From Deferribacterales bacterium (GTDB lineage Bacteria; Chrysiogenota; Deferribacteres; Deferribacterales; Geovibrionaceae), in the NCBI GenBank assembly GCA_050251945.1, contig JBFWLW010000003.1:32001-96000 (forward strand): 64,000 nt of DNA. Direction: 5' to 3'. This document shows positions 10,697 to 20,708 of this stretch, piece by piece (position 1 is the stretch's first letter; every line of letters starts with the position of its first letter). The notes beneath the pieces are model-generated. The model was not told where the DNA came from and searched no databases. It saw nothing but the letters and a program-made list of their open reading frames with translations. Made by a program: the position numbers and the translations under genes.

Positions 10697-12817
10697 ATGG
10701 AAACAACTGCATCTAAAATAGATAACGTGTCGTTTTTCGACGCTCTGCACCTCTTCATCTGCAAATACGAAAGGCAGATAACCCCCTCAGTGCTTCTTTC
10801 GGATATACCTATGGAAGAAGGCAAAAGCATACCCGACATGATGGGAATCAGCGGAAAGAAATTCACCGCCCAGCTGATAGCAGAAAGGTTCGGGCTCAAC
10901 TCAAAATTCATCAGAAAAAATATTACGGATATCCATCCCGACACGGCTCCTTTCATCTTTTTCATGAAAGACGGAACTGCAGCCGTTGCGGATTCTTTCG
11001 ATAAAGAAACAGGAACAGTAAGGGTGCTAACAAAAGACGGGTCATCCGAAAGGATTCCTTCGGAGCTGGACTGTGCGGATGCCGCATTTCTCATTAAGCG
11101 CGAAACGGTGTTCAACGATTCCAAAGCCACGGATAAAAAAAACGCATGGTTTTTCGACGCAGTCAGGCTTTCCGGCGGTATCTATGCCAACGTTCTGCTT
11201 GCATCTCTGTTTATAAACATCTTCGCAGTGGTAACTCCGCTGTTCACTATGAACGTGTACGACAGAATAGTGCCCAACAACGCGGTTGAATCCCTCTGGG
11301 CTCTTTCAATCGGCGTCGTTATCGTTTTCGTGTTCGATTCGGTACTGAAATACCTGCGCCACCATTTTCTTGAAATTTCAGCGAAAAAGACAGAGATGAT
11401 GCTTTCAAGCAGACTTTTCGGGAAAGTCATGGACTACAGACTGTCCGACAGACCGAAAATAGTCGGTTCTTTCGCATCAAATATTAAAGATTTCGATATG
11501 ATACGGAACTTCCTCTCATCCTCAAGCCTTGCGGTGTTCGTGGACTTCCCTTTCATGATCATTTTCTTCGCGGTGATAGCCTGCATAGGGGGAACGCTTA
11601 TGTTCTTCATTCCGCTTATCATCTGCATACTGATACTCGCGTATGCCTTCGCTATCCGCAAGCCCCTGCAAACACTCATTCAGGACAGCTACACTGTGTC
11701 CGCAAGAAAGAACGGTCTGCTGATAGAATCCCTCAAATGTCTCGAAACAATCAAGTCGTTCAACTTCCACAAGTTCCGTCTATGGGAATGGGACAGCATA
11801 GTTGCTAAGGCGGCTAACCAGTCAAAGGCTGTCAAAAGCTATTCATACACGATGAACACCTTTTTCGGTGCAATGGTGTCCTTTAACACCGTCTGCATCA
11901 TAATCGCGGGCACATATCTAATAGGCAGCAATGAGCTGACCACAGGCGGGCTTATCGCCACTGTAATGCTCTCGTCCCGAGCGCTTTCACCCGTCGGTCA
12001 GGCGATATCGCTGATAACCACGTACGATCAGGCGAAGGTCGCTTATAAGGGTATCAACGAAATAATGCAGAAGAATACCGAATCGGAAAACAGGAAAGAC
12101 CTTGTGGCACCCGCAGAATTCAAAGGCGAAATAGAGTTCCGCAACGTTTCATTCAAATATCTTGAAGACGGCGTAAGCGTCCTTAAGAACATCAGCTTCT
12201 CCATACGTCAGGGTGAAAAAGTTGCGATACTCGGCAAGATGGGTTCCGGCAAAACCACCATAATGAAGATGCTGATGGGATTTTATAAACCGTCCGACGG
12301 CGAAGTAACAGTTGACGGCATCTCCGTAAGCCAGATAAATCCCGCGTCACTGCGCGAAAATATCGCATACGTTTCCCAGAAGATAGAGATATTCAGAGGC
12401 ACGCTCCGCCAGAATATCACCATACGCAGAACAGACGCTGACGACGATTCCGTTTTGAGAGCTATAGAAACGGCAAGCCTGCAGAATATGGTTAACAGGC
12501 ACCCGAAAGGTCTGGCGGGCGAGATTGAAGAAGACGGAAACAACCTTTCCGGCGGACAGAAACAGGCGGTCGGCATCGCCCGCGCATTTGCCGCACCGTT
12601 TTGTATGGCATTTCTGGATGAACCCACGGACGGCATAGACCACAACGCCGAAACGCGCATCATAGAAAATCTGAAAAATATGCTTAAAGATTCCACCGTG
12701 GTGCTGATAACCCACAAGAACAATCTGCTGGCGCTGGTTGACAGGGTGATAGTCCTTGAAGACGGACAGATCATTTTTGACGGTCCGAAAGAAAAAATGT
12801 TTAAAAACAACGGATAA
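10697..12817 (+). CDS. Type I secretion permease/ATPase (LapB/HlyB family)
   Basis: MNVYDRIVPN transmembrane-domain motif, Walker A GKMGSGKT, LSGGQKQ, Walker B FLDEPT. Confidence 0.95.
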   Translation: METTASKIDNVSFFDALHLFICKYERQITPSVLLSDIPMEEGKSIPDMMGISGKKFTAQLIAERFGLNSKFIRKNITDIHPDTAPFIFFMKDGTAAVADSFDKETGTVRVLTKDGSSERIPSELDCADAAFLIKRETVFNDSKATDKKNAWFFDAVRLSGGIYANVLLASLFINIFAVVTPLFTMNVYDRIVPNNAVESLWALSIGVVIVFVFDSVLKYLRHHFLEISAKKTEMMLSSRLFGKVMDYRLSDRPKIVGSFASNIKDFDMIRNFLSSSSLAVFVDFPFMIIFFAVIACIGGTLMFFIPLIICILILAYAFAIRKPLQTLIQDSYTVSARKNGLLIESLKCLETIKSFNFHKFRLWEWDSIVAKAANQSKAVKSYSYTMNTFFGAMVSFNTVCIIIAGTYLIGSNELTTGGLIATVMLSSRALSPVGQAISLITTYDQAKVAYKGINEIMQKNTESENRKDLVAPAEFKGEIEFRNVSFKYLEDGVSVLKNISFSIRQGEKVAILGKMGSGKTTIMKMLMGFYKPSDGEVTVDGISVSQINPASLRENIAYVSQKIEIFRGTLRQNITIRRTDADDDSVLRAIETASLQNMVNRHPKGLAGEIEEDGNNLSGGQKQAVGIARAFAAPFCMAFLDEPTDGIDHNAETRIIENLKNMLKDSTVVLITHKNNLLALVDRVIVLEDGQIIFDGPKEKMFKNNG

Positions 12818-12821
12818 CAAT

Positions 12822-14159
12822 ATGTTTTTCAAAAAAGACAGGAACAGGGAAGAACTGGACTTCCTACCCATAGAGACCGCATCATCAGTTGAAGGTACTT
12901 CATACAAATCCAGAATGATACTTTTCGCCATCGTTCTGTTCTCATTCTGCGCCATTGTATGGGCTTCATTCGCAGAGGTTCAGGAGGTTGTGCGCGGGTT
13001 CGGAAAGATAATCCCATCACGTCACGTTCAGGTGATACAGAGCCTTGAAGGCGGCATCGTCGCAGAAATACCCGTTAAGGCGGGCGACATAGTGGATGTC
13101 GGACAGCTTCTCATCCGGATAGACAACAAAAGGTTTGTCAGCAATCTGGGCGAAAACACAGTCAGCCTCGGTCGCATGAAAGCGAAGGCGATAAGACTTT
13201 ATGCCGAAAGCTACGGGGTAGGCTTTGACGAAGCACATAAAAAGCTGAACTTCAAAGACATCCCTGAAGATGCTCTGCAGGAGGAACGCAGTCTGTTCGG
13301 GAAAAACGCCGCATACACCTCAAACGACGCAAGCATAATACGCGAACAGATAAATCAGGTGCATATAAGAAGCAAGGAACTGCAGGAGCGCATCGCAAAC
13401 CTGAACTCCGCCCTCGCTATGACCCGCAAAGAGATTGCAATGACCGAACCGCTCATCTACAGCGGCGCGGCATCACAGGTTGACCTTCTGAAACTGAAAA
13501 AAGAGGTGAACAGCACCCAGTCGGAAATTGACTCCGCACGCACCAGAATTCAGGAGAACAGCGCCAGCATCGCCGAATATTCGCGCAAGCTGGCAGAGGT
13601 ATCCATGAACAGCAGAAGCACCGCCCAGAAGGACTTCAACGAAATCATGACCGAAATAGGCAAAACGAGGGAAACCATAACCGGCGTTAAGGATCAGGTG
13701 GACAGAAGCAAAATAATGTCACCTGTCAAAGGCGTCGTAAAACAGATATTCACCAATACTATCGGCGGCGTTATAACTCCCGGAATGGACATCATGGAAG
13801 TCGTACCCATTGAAGACAAGCTAGTTGTTGAAGCTAAAGTAAAACCTTCGGACATAGCATTTATAAAAGAGGGTGACAGAGCGCTGATAAAGCTCACCGC
13901 ATATGACTACAGCATATACGGAGGACTGCACGCCACCGTTACACATATCAGCCCCGACACCACCGTGCAGGAGAAAGAAGTCTTTTACAGCGTGCAGCTC
14001 ACCACGGACAAAAACCATATAGAGAAGAACGGTAAGTCCAATAAGATAATCCCCGGCATGGTCGTTCAGGCAGACATAATCACCGGCAAAAAGACCGTTA
14101 TGCAGTATATCCTGAAACCTATAATCAAAACTAAGCAGAGCGCTCTGACCGAGAGATAA
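12822..14159 (+). CDS. HlyD-family T1SS periplasmic adaptor (LapC-like)
   Basis: N-terminal TM, IQSLEGGIV, coiled coil, SPVKGVV, IIPGMVVQADIITGKKTVMQYILKP. Start placed at ATG 12822 (MFFKK). Confidence 0.93.
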   Translation: MFFKKDRNREELDFLPIETASSVEGTSYKSRMILFAIVLFSFCAIVWASFAEVQEVVRGFGKIIPSRHVQVIQSLEGGIVAEIPVKAGDIVDVGQLLIRIDNKRFVSNLGENTVSLGRMKAKAIRLYAESYGVGFDEAHKKLNFKDIPEDALQEERSLFGKNAAYTSNDASIIREQINQVHIRSKELQERIANLNSALAMTRKEIAMTEPLIYSGAASQVDLLKLKKEVNSTQSEIDSARTRIQENSASIAEYSRKLAEVSMNSRSTAQKDFNEIMTEIGKTRETITGVKDQVDRSKIMSPVKGVVKQIFTNTIGGVITPGMDIMEVVPIEDKLVVEAKVKPSDIAFIKEGDRALIKLTAYDYSIYGGLHATVTHISPDTTVQEKEVFYSVQLTTDKNHIEKNGKSNKIIPGMVVQADIITGKKTVMQYILKPIIKTKQSALTER

Positions 14160-14196
14160 TTTTGATTTTACAGAAGCTCCGTGCTATATTTCTTTT

Positions 14197-14856
14197 ATGA
14201 AAATGAAATATCTTTTTCTGATGCTTTTCGTTTTTTTAAGCGAGACCGGATGTTTTTCCGGCAGACAGACCGTTCTTATCCCCACTCCGGAGAACGGATT
14301 CACCATTGCGCCTGTTCAGGAAAAATTCATAGACTATTATCTGCGCGAACTGGACGACAGCGAAAAGACAAAGCTTGTGGAAACAGTTAAATCAGCCGCG
14401 GGCACAAAATATATCTGGGGCGGCAATGCTCCGGAAGATGGCATCGACTGTTCCGGTCTGCTTGTCTGGGCATACTCACAGCTGGGCTACAAAGGCTTCC
14501 GCAACGACGGCGATATAGTTGACGACATAACGTCAAACGATATGTACACCTACGATGTCGCAGCGGCGGAACCCGTAACGCAGATGGATCAATTTCTTGA
14601 ATACAATCCCGGCGACCTGCTGTTTCTGGATGTAAACCACGACGACAAAATAGACCACGTTGCCTTTTTCATGCATTACGACATGGAAACCGGAACCGTC
14701 TGGGTGTGGGATGCATCAATAAACACAAAAATGGTAGCTTACAGACCCGTAACAGCCATACTTCAAAAAAATCCTTACATGGGAAGACCGATGCTTCTGG
14801 TAAAAAAACAGGATGAAGCACCTGCCGACGACCTGATCGCAGGAGCGCAGAAATGA
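14197..14856 (+). CDS. NlpC/P60-family cysteine peptidase, possible lipoprotein
   Basis: KYIWGG...GIDCSGL catalytic Cys, PGDLLF, DHVAF His. The hydrophobic N-terminus ends in TGC. Confidence 0.85.
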   Translation: MKMKYLFLMLFVFLSETGCFSGRQTVLIPTPENGFTIAPVQEKFIDYYLRELDDSEKTKLVETVKSAAGTKYIWGGNAPEDGIDCSGLLVWAYSQLGYKGFRNDGDIVDDITSNDMYTYDVAAAEPVTQMDQFLEYNPGDLLFLDVNHDDKIDHVAFFMHYDMETGTVWVWDASINTKMVAYRPVTAILQKNPYMGRPMLLVKKQDEAPADDLIAGAQK

Positions 14857-15212
14857 GACCGAAAGAAGTAATAGAGCTTTTTGTAAAACACTTTAACGAC
14901 AAAGATCATAACGCGCTGGCAGAACTGTACGCCGAAAACGCTGTTAACCATCAGATAGCCGAAGAACCGGTGCAGGGCAAAGAGAACATCAGAGAAATGT
15001 TCAGAAGCTCCTTTGAACACGCGGAAATGGTCTGCATCGTCGAAAACATCTTTGAAGACGGTGAGTGGGGCATCCTTGAATGGCGCGATCCGCTCGGTCT
15101 GCGCGGATGCGGTTTTTTCCATATATCTGACGGTAAAATAGTTTTTCAGCGCGGCTACTGGGACAAACTCTCTTTCCTCAGACAGCACAATCTGCCTCTG
15201 CCTTTAAAATAA
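14853..15212 (+). CDS. SnoaL/NTF2-like protein
   Basis: FNxxDxxALAELYAENAV and GKIVFQRGYWD pattern. ATGA overlap with the upstream gene. Confidence 0.8.
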   Translation: MRPKEVIELFVKHFNDKDHNALAELYAENAVNHQIAEEPVQGKENIREMFRSSFEHAEMVCIVENIFEDGEWGILEWRDPLGLRGCGFFHISDGKIVFQRGYWDKLSFLRQHNLPLPLK

Positions 15213-15324
15213 TATCTTTTTTGTATTATTTTCAAATCTCTCACGATTAAACCATTGTTAAAGATTTTAATCAGGTGTAATATTGGCATAAGCCCAAATT
15301 AATCTGGCAACAGGAGGCAGTCTT

Positions 15325-16638
15325 ATGGACGCAATAGCATTGTCCAGACTCCAGTTTGCACTCACGGCCGGTTTTCACTGGCTTTTTGTGCCGCTTACAC
15401 TGGGTCTGATAATTCTGGTCGCCATAATGGAGACCATGTATGTCCGCACAGGAGACAGGGTTTATCTGAACATGACCAAGTTCTGGGGGAAGCTTTTCCT
15501 GATAAATTTTGCCGTCGGTGTTGTAACGGGCATTACGCTGGAATTCCAGTTCGGCATGAACTGGGCGGAATATTCAAAATACGTCGGCGATATCTTCGGT
15601 GCGCCGCTCGCCATAGAGGCAACGGTGGCATTCTTTCTTGAATCAACATTTCTGGGCATCTGGATATTCGGATGGAAAAAAATAGGTAAAAAAACCCACC
15701 TCTTCGCCGTTTGGATGGTGGCTCTTGGTTCAAACCTCTCCGCACTCTGGATTCTCATAGCGAACGCATGGATGCAGCATCCTGTCGGCTACGTTCTGAG
15801 AAACGGCAGAGCAGAGATGGTGGATTTCGCCGCACTGATTTTCAGCCCCCATGCATGGGCAAAATTCTTCCATGCGGTATCTTCCGGCTGGGTAGTGGCT
15901 GCATTCTTCGTGATGGGCGTTTCCGCATACCATCTTCTCAGGAAAAACGAAACGGACTTTTTCAAAAGATCGCTCAAATTCGGAGCTGTTTTCGGATTGG
16001 CGGCCTCGCTGTTTCTGGCGCTCATAGGCGATACAAGCGGCGTTCAGGTTGCAGAAACACAGCCTTCAAAATTCGCCGCGATGGAATCGCTCTGGGAGAC
16101 CCAATCGGGTGCGCCTGAATACATGCTCGCAATTCCCGACAGCAAAAACGAACGCAACACAATAGAGATACTGCCTATCCCTAAACTGGCAAGCTTCCTT
16201 GCATTCCACGACTGGAATGCCGAAGTGAAGGGACTTAAAGAATTCGCCCCTGATATGCGCCCGCCCGTGGGGCTGACGTTCTTCAGTTTCAGGGCTATGG
16301 TGGGGCTTGGCACCTACTTCATTCTGGCGGCGGCTCTGGCGCTGTTTTTCATCCGCAAAGGAACGATTCAGGACAAATCATGGTTCCTGAAAGTTCTGCT
16401 GTTTTCAATCCCGCTTCCGTATATTGCGGGCGAGGTGGGCTGGATAGTGGCGGAGGTCGGCAGACAGCCCTGGATAGTATACGGGTTGATGAAAACTTCG
16501 GACGCTGTTTCAAAAAACCTCACAGTGGCGCACGTAGTGCTTTCACTGGTGGGTTTTGTGGCGTTCTACGGTTTGCTGGGCATAATAGATTTCATGCTTC
16601 TGGCAAAATATGCAAAAAAAGGACCTGAAAAGGCATAA
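15325..16638 (+). CDS. cydA: Cytochrome bd quinol oxidase subunit I
   Basis: LSRLQFA..FHWLFVP, QPSKFAAME and EVGRQPW motifs. RBS AGGAGG. Confidence 0.97.
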   Translation: MDAIALSRLQFALTAGFHWLFVPLTLGLIILVAIMETMYVRTGDRVYLNMTKFWGKLFLINFAVGVVTGITLEFQFGMNWAEYSKYVGDIFGAPLAIEATVAFFLESTFLGIWIFGWKKIGKKTHLFAVWMVALGSNLSALWILIANAWMQHPVGYVLRNGRAEMVDFAALIFSPHAWAKFFHAVSSGWVVAAFFVMGVSAYHLLRKNETDFFKRSLKFGAVFGLAASLFLALIGDTSGVQVAETQPSKFAAMESLWETQSGAPEYMLAIPDSKNERNTIEILPIPKLASFLAFHDWNAEVKGLKEFAPDMRPPVGLTFFSFRAMVGLGTYFILAAALALFFIRKGTIQDKSWFLKVLLFSIPLPYIAGEVGWIVAEVGRQPWIVYGLMKTSDAVSKNLTVAHVVLSLVGFVAFYGLLGIIDFMLLAKYAKKGPEKA

Positions 16639-16650
16639 GGAGGTGCAAAG

Positions 16651-17691
16651 ATGGAACTTTCTACTTTACAAATCATCTGGTTTGCCCTCTGGGGGCTTTT
16701 GTGGGCGGTTTATTTCATGCTGGACGGTTTCGACTTCGGCGCGGGTATGCTTATGCCCGTTCTGGCTGAGTCCGACACCGACAGAAGGGTTATTATAAAC
16801 ACTCTTGGTCCCGTATGGGACGGAAACGAGGTATGGCTTATCACTGCGGGCGGCGCAACCTTTGCGGCGTTCCCCACGACATATGCGTATATGTTCAGCT
16901 GGCTCTATCTGCCGCTTCTGGCTATACTTTTCTGTCTGATATTCAGAGGGGTTGCTTTTGAGTTCCGCGGCAAAAAAGACAGCGACGGATGGCGCAAGAC
17001 ATGGGACAGGGTCATAGTAACGTGCAGTTTCCTCGCCTCGCTGCTTTTCGGCGTGGCGTTCGGGAACATTTTCCGCGGTATCCCCATCAACATGGTCAAC
17101 GGCGAGTTCGTATACGAGGGCAATTTCTTTCTGCTGCTCAATCCTTACGCGCTCCTCACAGGTATCATGTTCGTGCTGATATTCGCATTCCACGGCGCAT
17201 TATGGGTATCCTGCAAAACGACGGGTGATTTACAGAAGAGAGCGGAAGAAACACACAAAAAGCTGTTTCTGCTTACGCTGGCTGTAATCCTGCTTTTCCT
17301 CATCTACACATGGTTTGACACATACCTGTTTGTAAACTATATGGAACTGCCCGCATGGTTCGCAGTTGTGGTTCTCTGTGTGGCGGCGTTCATAGCGGCG
17401 GGATTCATGAAAGGGGTGAAGGCATTTCTGCTGTCCTGTGCAGCCATAGTTCTGACAGTGTTCACAGGCATCATCGGGCTTTTCCCGAACCTGATACCTT
17501 CAAACATTGCGCCGGAGTTCTCGCTCACGGCATTCAACACATCTTCCAGCCAGTACACCCTGACCGTAATGACCTTTGTGGTACTTATTTTCGTACCCAT
17601 AGTTATCATATATCAGGTGTGGACATATTACATATTCAGGCATCCCGTGCGTCCGGAGGACGTTGCGGATCCTGATGTCGAAACCTACTGA
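16651..17691 (+). CDS. cydB: Cytochrome bd quinol oxidase subunit II
   Basis: LDGFDFG, PVWDGNEVWL and RGVAFEFR motifs. Directly follows cydA. Confidence 0.97.
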   Translation: MELSTLQIIWFALWGLLWAVYFMLDGFDFGAGMLMPVLAESDTDRRVIINTLGPVWDGNEVWLITAGGATFAAFPTTYAYMFSWLYLPLLAILFCLIFRGVAFEFRGKKDSDGWRKTWDRVIVTCSFLASLLFGVAFGNIFRGIPINMVNGEFVYEGNFFLLLNPYALLTGIMFVLIFAFHGALWVSCKTTGDLQKRAEETHKKLFLLTLAVILLFLIYTWFDTYLFVNYMELPAWFAVVVLCVAAFIAAGFMKGVKAFLLSCAAIVLTVFTGIIGLFPNLIPSNIAPEFSLTAFNTSSSQYTLTVMTFVVLIFVPIVIIYQVWTYYIFRHPVRPEDVADPDVETY

Positions 17692-17722
17692 TAAATTTAA
17701 AGCCCGCTTTCAGCAAGCGGGC

Positions 17723-17866
17723 TCAGTTTGTTGACAAACTTAATTTTGATGAAATCAAATGAGACTGCTTCGTCGCAATGCTCCTCGCAGAGACAGTTTT
17801 TTGTCTTCGCGAGGAGCGCATGCGACGACGCGATCTCGCATTTTCCTGACTTTGTCATCAGTCTAA
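17723..17866 (+). mobile_element. ~143-bp MITE-like element, copy 1
   Basis: Imperfect terminal inverted repeats TCAGTTTGTTGACAAA / TTTGTCATCAGTCTA around a palindromic core. Closely similar to 59844-59986 and, reversed, to 45453-45594. Confidence 0.75.
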
Positions 17867-17928
17867 AGCCCGCTTGCTAAAGGCGGGCTTTTTTCTGCCG
17901 TGTTTCAGACAGAACAGAAGGATGATGA
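17865..17928. repeat. ~65-bp direct repeat, copy A, containing a terminator-like hairpin
   Basis: AAAGCCCGCTTGCTAAAGGCGGGCTTTTTT...GGATGATGA matches 19967-20031 with 3 substitutions and 1 indel. Confidence 0.85.
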
Positions 17929-17968
17929 AAAGTTGTCAAACATCATTTAGATCTGAGTTTACAACACT

Positions 17969-19855
17969 TTATGTAAGTTTAAACACTCCTGCGGTCTCCT
18001 TAAGGTCATCCGAAAGAGTATTGAGTTCGTTCGCAATATCCACAAGTCCGTTGAGCTGTTCAGCAGCCTTTGCCGATGCCGCTGATACGTCGGATATATT
18101 GGCGCTGATCTCCGATGTCGCCGCCGCCTGTTCCTCTGACGCGGCAGCCATCTGCGTTACCATGTCAAGGGTTACTGAAGCCGCAGAGATTATCTCATCC
18201 AATTTTCCGTTTGCCTTCTGCGCGACCCCTTTTCCCTCGACCACCATCTGAACACCCTGACGGATGCTCTCTGTGACCACTTTCGATTCGCCGTGTATCT
18301 CCGATATCATCCGGGATATCTCCCCTGTGGCGGTCTGTGTTCTCTCCGCAAGCTTACGCACCTCATCGGCGACAACCGCAAAACCTCTTCCGTGTTCTCC
18401 CGCCCGTGCCGCCTCTATCGCCGCGTTCAGCGCCAGCAGATTCGTCTGGTCTGCGATATCGTTAATGACGGTGGTTATCTCGTCTATCTGACCGACAGAA
18501 GCCGCCATCTTTTCAATCACCTGTGCCGAGCGGCTCACGGATTCGTTTATTTTATTCATCATTTCAACGGTATCAACAACTGAATGTTGTCCCTCCCTTG
18601 CACTGTTTTTGGTTATCTGCGCCTGAGAGGCAGCAGTGTTGGCGTTCTCCGCCACCTGCATCACAGTTGTGTTCATCTCCTCAATGGCACCCGCAAGGCT
18701 CAGAACGTCCGCCGACTGTTTGTTCAGCTCGCCGGATATGATATTTATATTCTTAGTTATCTCCGTACTCTGAACGGCAGCACCGTTTGAAAGCCCGTTT
18801 ATTTTTTTAAGTATCAGAGTAAGTTTTTCTATAAATCTGTTAAAGAACAATCCCGCTTCACTAAGTTCGTCTTTGCCTTTGTCGTCCAGCCTTTTCGTAA
18901 GATCGCCCTCGCCCTGTGCGATGTCCCTGAACATGCTTACCAGTCTGTTCAGCGGTTTAAAACCGTAAACCAGAACACCTGTCAGCACAGCCGCACTTAA
19001 CAGCAGCATGAAGATGCCTATCGAAACCGCCGCAAGAGTCTGCTGTTTAAGAGGTTCCAGAATTTCATCCTTATCTATCGTAAAAGCGCAGACCCAGCCG
19101 TTCTCCGGAACCACGGAATAGTAGAGCACCTTCTCTATTCCATCGAAGGTATATTCGTATTTGCCACTGGGAGAGCTTGACACAAGTTCTCTGAAACCTG
19201 GCATCTTGTCAAATGCGTTCGCCTTGAGGATAAGTTCCTTATTCGGGTTGGCGACCATTATCCCGTCCTTGTCTATGATAAAACTGTAACCGGATTTTCC
19301 GTATTTCTTCTGTACGCGTTCCATGAGCGAATCAATATTCATGGAACTGCTGATTGCACCTGCAAAAGAGCCGTTCACCTTTACGGGAGCATATATGACC
19401 ACCGTGGGAACCTTGTACTGTTTATGGATGAAAGGGGATGAAATGCTTGTCCGTTCAGTTTTCTTGACATCCAGATACCATTCCAGAGAATAGGGATCCC
19501 AGTCTGCGGGAGCAATCCAGCCTTCCGATTGAACATATCTGCCGCCGGTATCGAAAAGAACAAAAAACGAACGGAAATCATCCCTGCCGTTAAAAGGCTT
19601 AAGAGCTTTCATCACCCCTTCGTCCGTAATTCCTTCAAACCCAACACTCGCCGCGATTCCTTCCATAACGCTCTTATGCTCTTGTACCCACATGTTTATA
19701 GTGTGCGACAGGATATCGGTCTCTTTTTTAAGCCCGTCCTCCGTCATGTTTACCTGTATGTTGTAGGTTTTTCTTCCGGTCTGTAAAATGATAATAAAAA
19801 CAGTCAGCACCATCACGGACAGCGCCGCAAAGATTATCTTGGACTTAAGCTTCAC
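17969..19855 (-). CDS. Methyl-accepting chemotaxis protein (dCache-HAMP-MA)
   Basis: [38 protein letters not shown] signalling motif and two TMs. GTG start at 19855 after GGGAGGG. Confidence 0.95.
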   Translation of the reverse strand: MKLKSKIIFAALSVMVLTVFIIILQTGRKTYNIQVNMTEDGLKKETDILSHTINMWVQEHKSVMEGIAASVGFEGITDEGVMKALKPFNGRDDFRSFFVLFDTGGRYVQSEGWIAPADWDPYSLEWYLDVKKTERTSISSPFIHKQYKVPTVVIYAPVKVNGSFAGAISSSMNIDSLMERVQKKYGKSGYSFIIDKDGIMVANPNKELILKANAFDKMPGFRELVSSSPSGKYEYTFDGIEKVLYYSVVPENGWVCAFTIDKDEILEPLKQQTLAAVSIGIFMLLLSAAVLTGVLVYGFKPLNRLVSMFRDIAQGEGDLTKRLDDKGKDELSEAGLFFNRFIEKLTLILKKINGLSNGAAVQSTEITKNINIISGELNKQSADVLSLAGAIEEMNTTVMQVAENANTAASQAQITKNSAREGQHSVVDTVEMMNKINESVSRSAQVIEKMAASVGQIDEITTVINDIADQTNLLALNAAIEAARAGEHGRGFAVVADEVRKLAERTQTATGEISRMISEIHGESKVVTESIRQGVQMVVEGKGVAQKANGKLDEIISAASVTLDMVTQMAAASEEQAAATSEISANISDVSAASAKAAEQLNGLVDIANELNTLSDDLKETAGVFKLT

Positions 19856-19966
19856 CGTTTCCCTCCCGAACAATCAATAATTGTTGCATATCTGTGAACA
19901 GTATAGAAAAAAGCAGATGTAAAAAAAGTCCCAGACAGGCAAAATTCATAGAGCCCAGATATCAAA

Positions 19967-20031
19967 AAAGCCCGCTTGCTAAAGGCGGGCTTTTTTTCTG
20001 CCGTGTTTCAGGCAAAACAAAAGGATGATGA
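19967..20031. repeat. ~65-bp direct repeat, copy B, including the terminator of the cytochrome b gene
   Basis: Matches copy A. The hairpin AAAGCCCGC..GCGGGCTTT is flanked by A and T tracts. Confidence 0.85.
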
Positions 20032-20036
20032 GATGT

Positions 20037-20708
20037 TTATTGCTGCTCTTCCGGAAGTCCTGTATTTTCCCGCTTAACTCCCGAAAACATAGAGCCGACC
20101 ATACCGAATATCCATGACGCGTAAGCATGGATTATCGCAAAAATTACCATAAAGACCGATACGAAAATATGCACCAGTCTTGTTGCCGCCGCCTGCGCAC
20201 CGAGGCTGGGAACTATTGCATGGCAGAATCTGTTCACGATGTCGAATGTTGAAGGAAACACCAGAGCAAGTCCGGTCAGCACCATCACTATCCACAGCAC
20301 AAACCAGCCCCACCATGCAACCACCTCTGTAGGGACTATCTTTTCAACGTATCTCTTTTTCTGAGCGTCATATTTTACGGGGCTATGCACCTTTTCGCCC
20401 GCAACGAAGGTTTTTATCTCGTGCATGAAAAAGTCGATGGCATACCCTATCCTTGAAACCCCGAACCATTTGTATTCACCGCTGACGATGAAGTAGTAAA
20501 GAAAGAAAGTAATGGTTCCAATCCATGCAAAACCTAGCACAAGGTGCAGACTGCGTCCGGCACTTCTTGTAAAAAGGGACAGATGCAGGTATTCGCTGAC
20601 GCCGAAACCGGAAAGAAGAAGCAGAAGCACCTCAAGAACTATCGCCCAGTGCAGAAGCCTGTAAAGAACGCTGTGTCTTTTGACCTCGACAGTATTATTC
20701 TTCGTCAT
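20037..20708 (-). CDS. Di-haem cytochrome b membrane subunit (HyaC/FdnI/PhsC-like)
   Basis: Four TM helices with four His (RLLHW, RSLHL, RLVHI, IIHAY). Overlaps the upstream gene. Confidence 0.8.
   Translation of the reverse strand: MTKNNTVEVKRHSVLYRLLHWAIVLEVLLLLLSGFGVSEYLHLSLFTRSAGRSLHLVLGFAWIGTITFFLYYFIVSGEYKWFGVSRIGYAIDFFMHEIKTFVAGEKVHSPVKYDAQKKRYVEKIVPTEVVAWWGWFVLWIVMVLTGLALVFPSTFDIVNRFCHAIVPSLGAQAAATRLVHIFVSVFMVIFAIIHAYASWIFGMVGSMFSGVKRENTGLPEEQQ

Noticed and set aside
15255..15275. Rex-like site TTGTTAAAGATTTTAATC upstream of cydA
   Set aside because: Only one half-site matches, in an AT-rich context.
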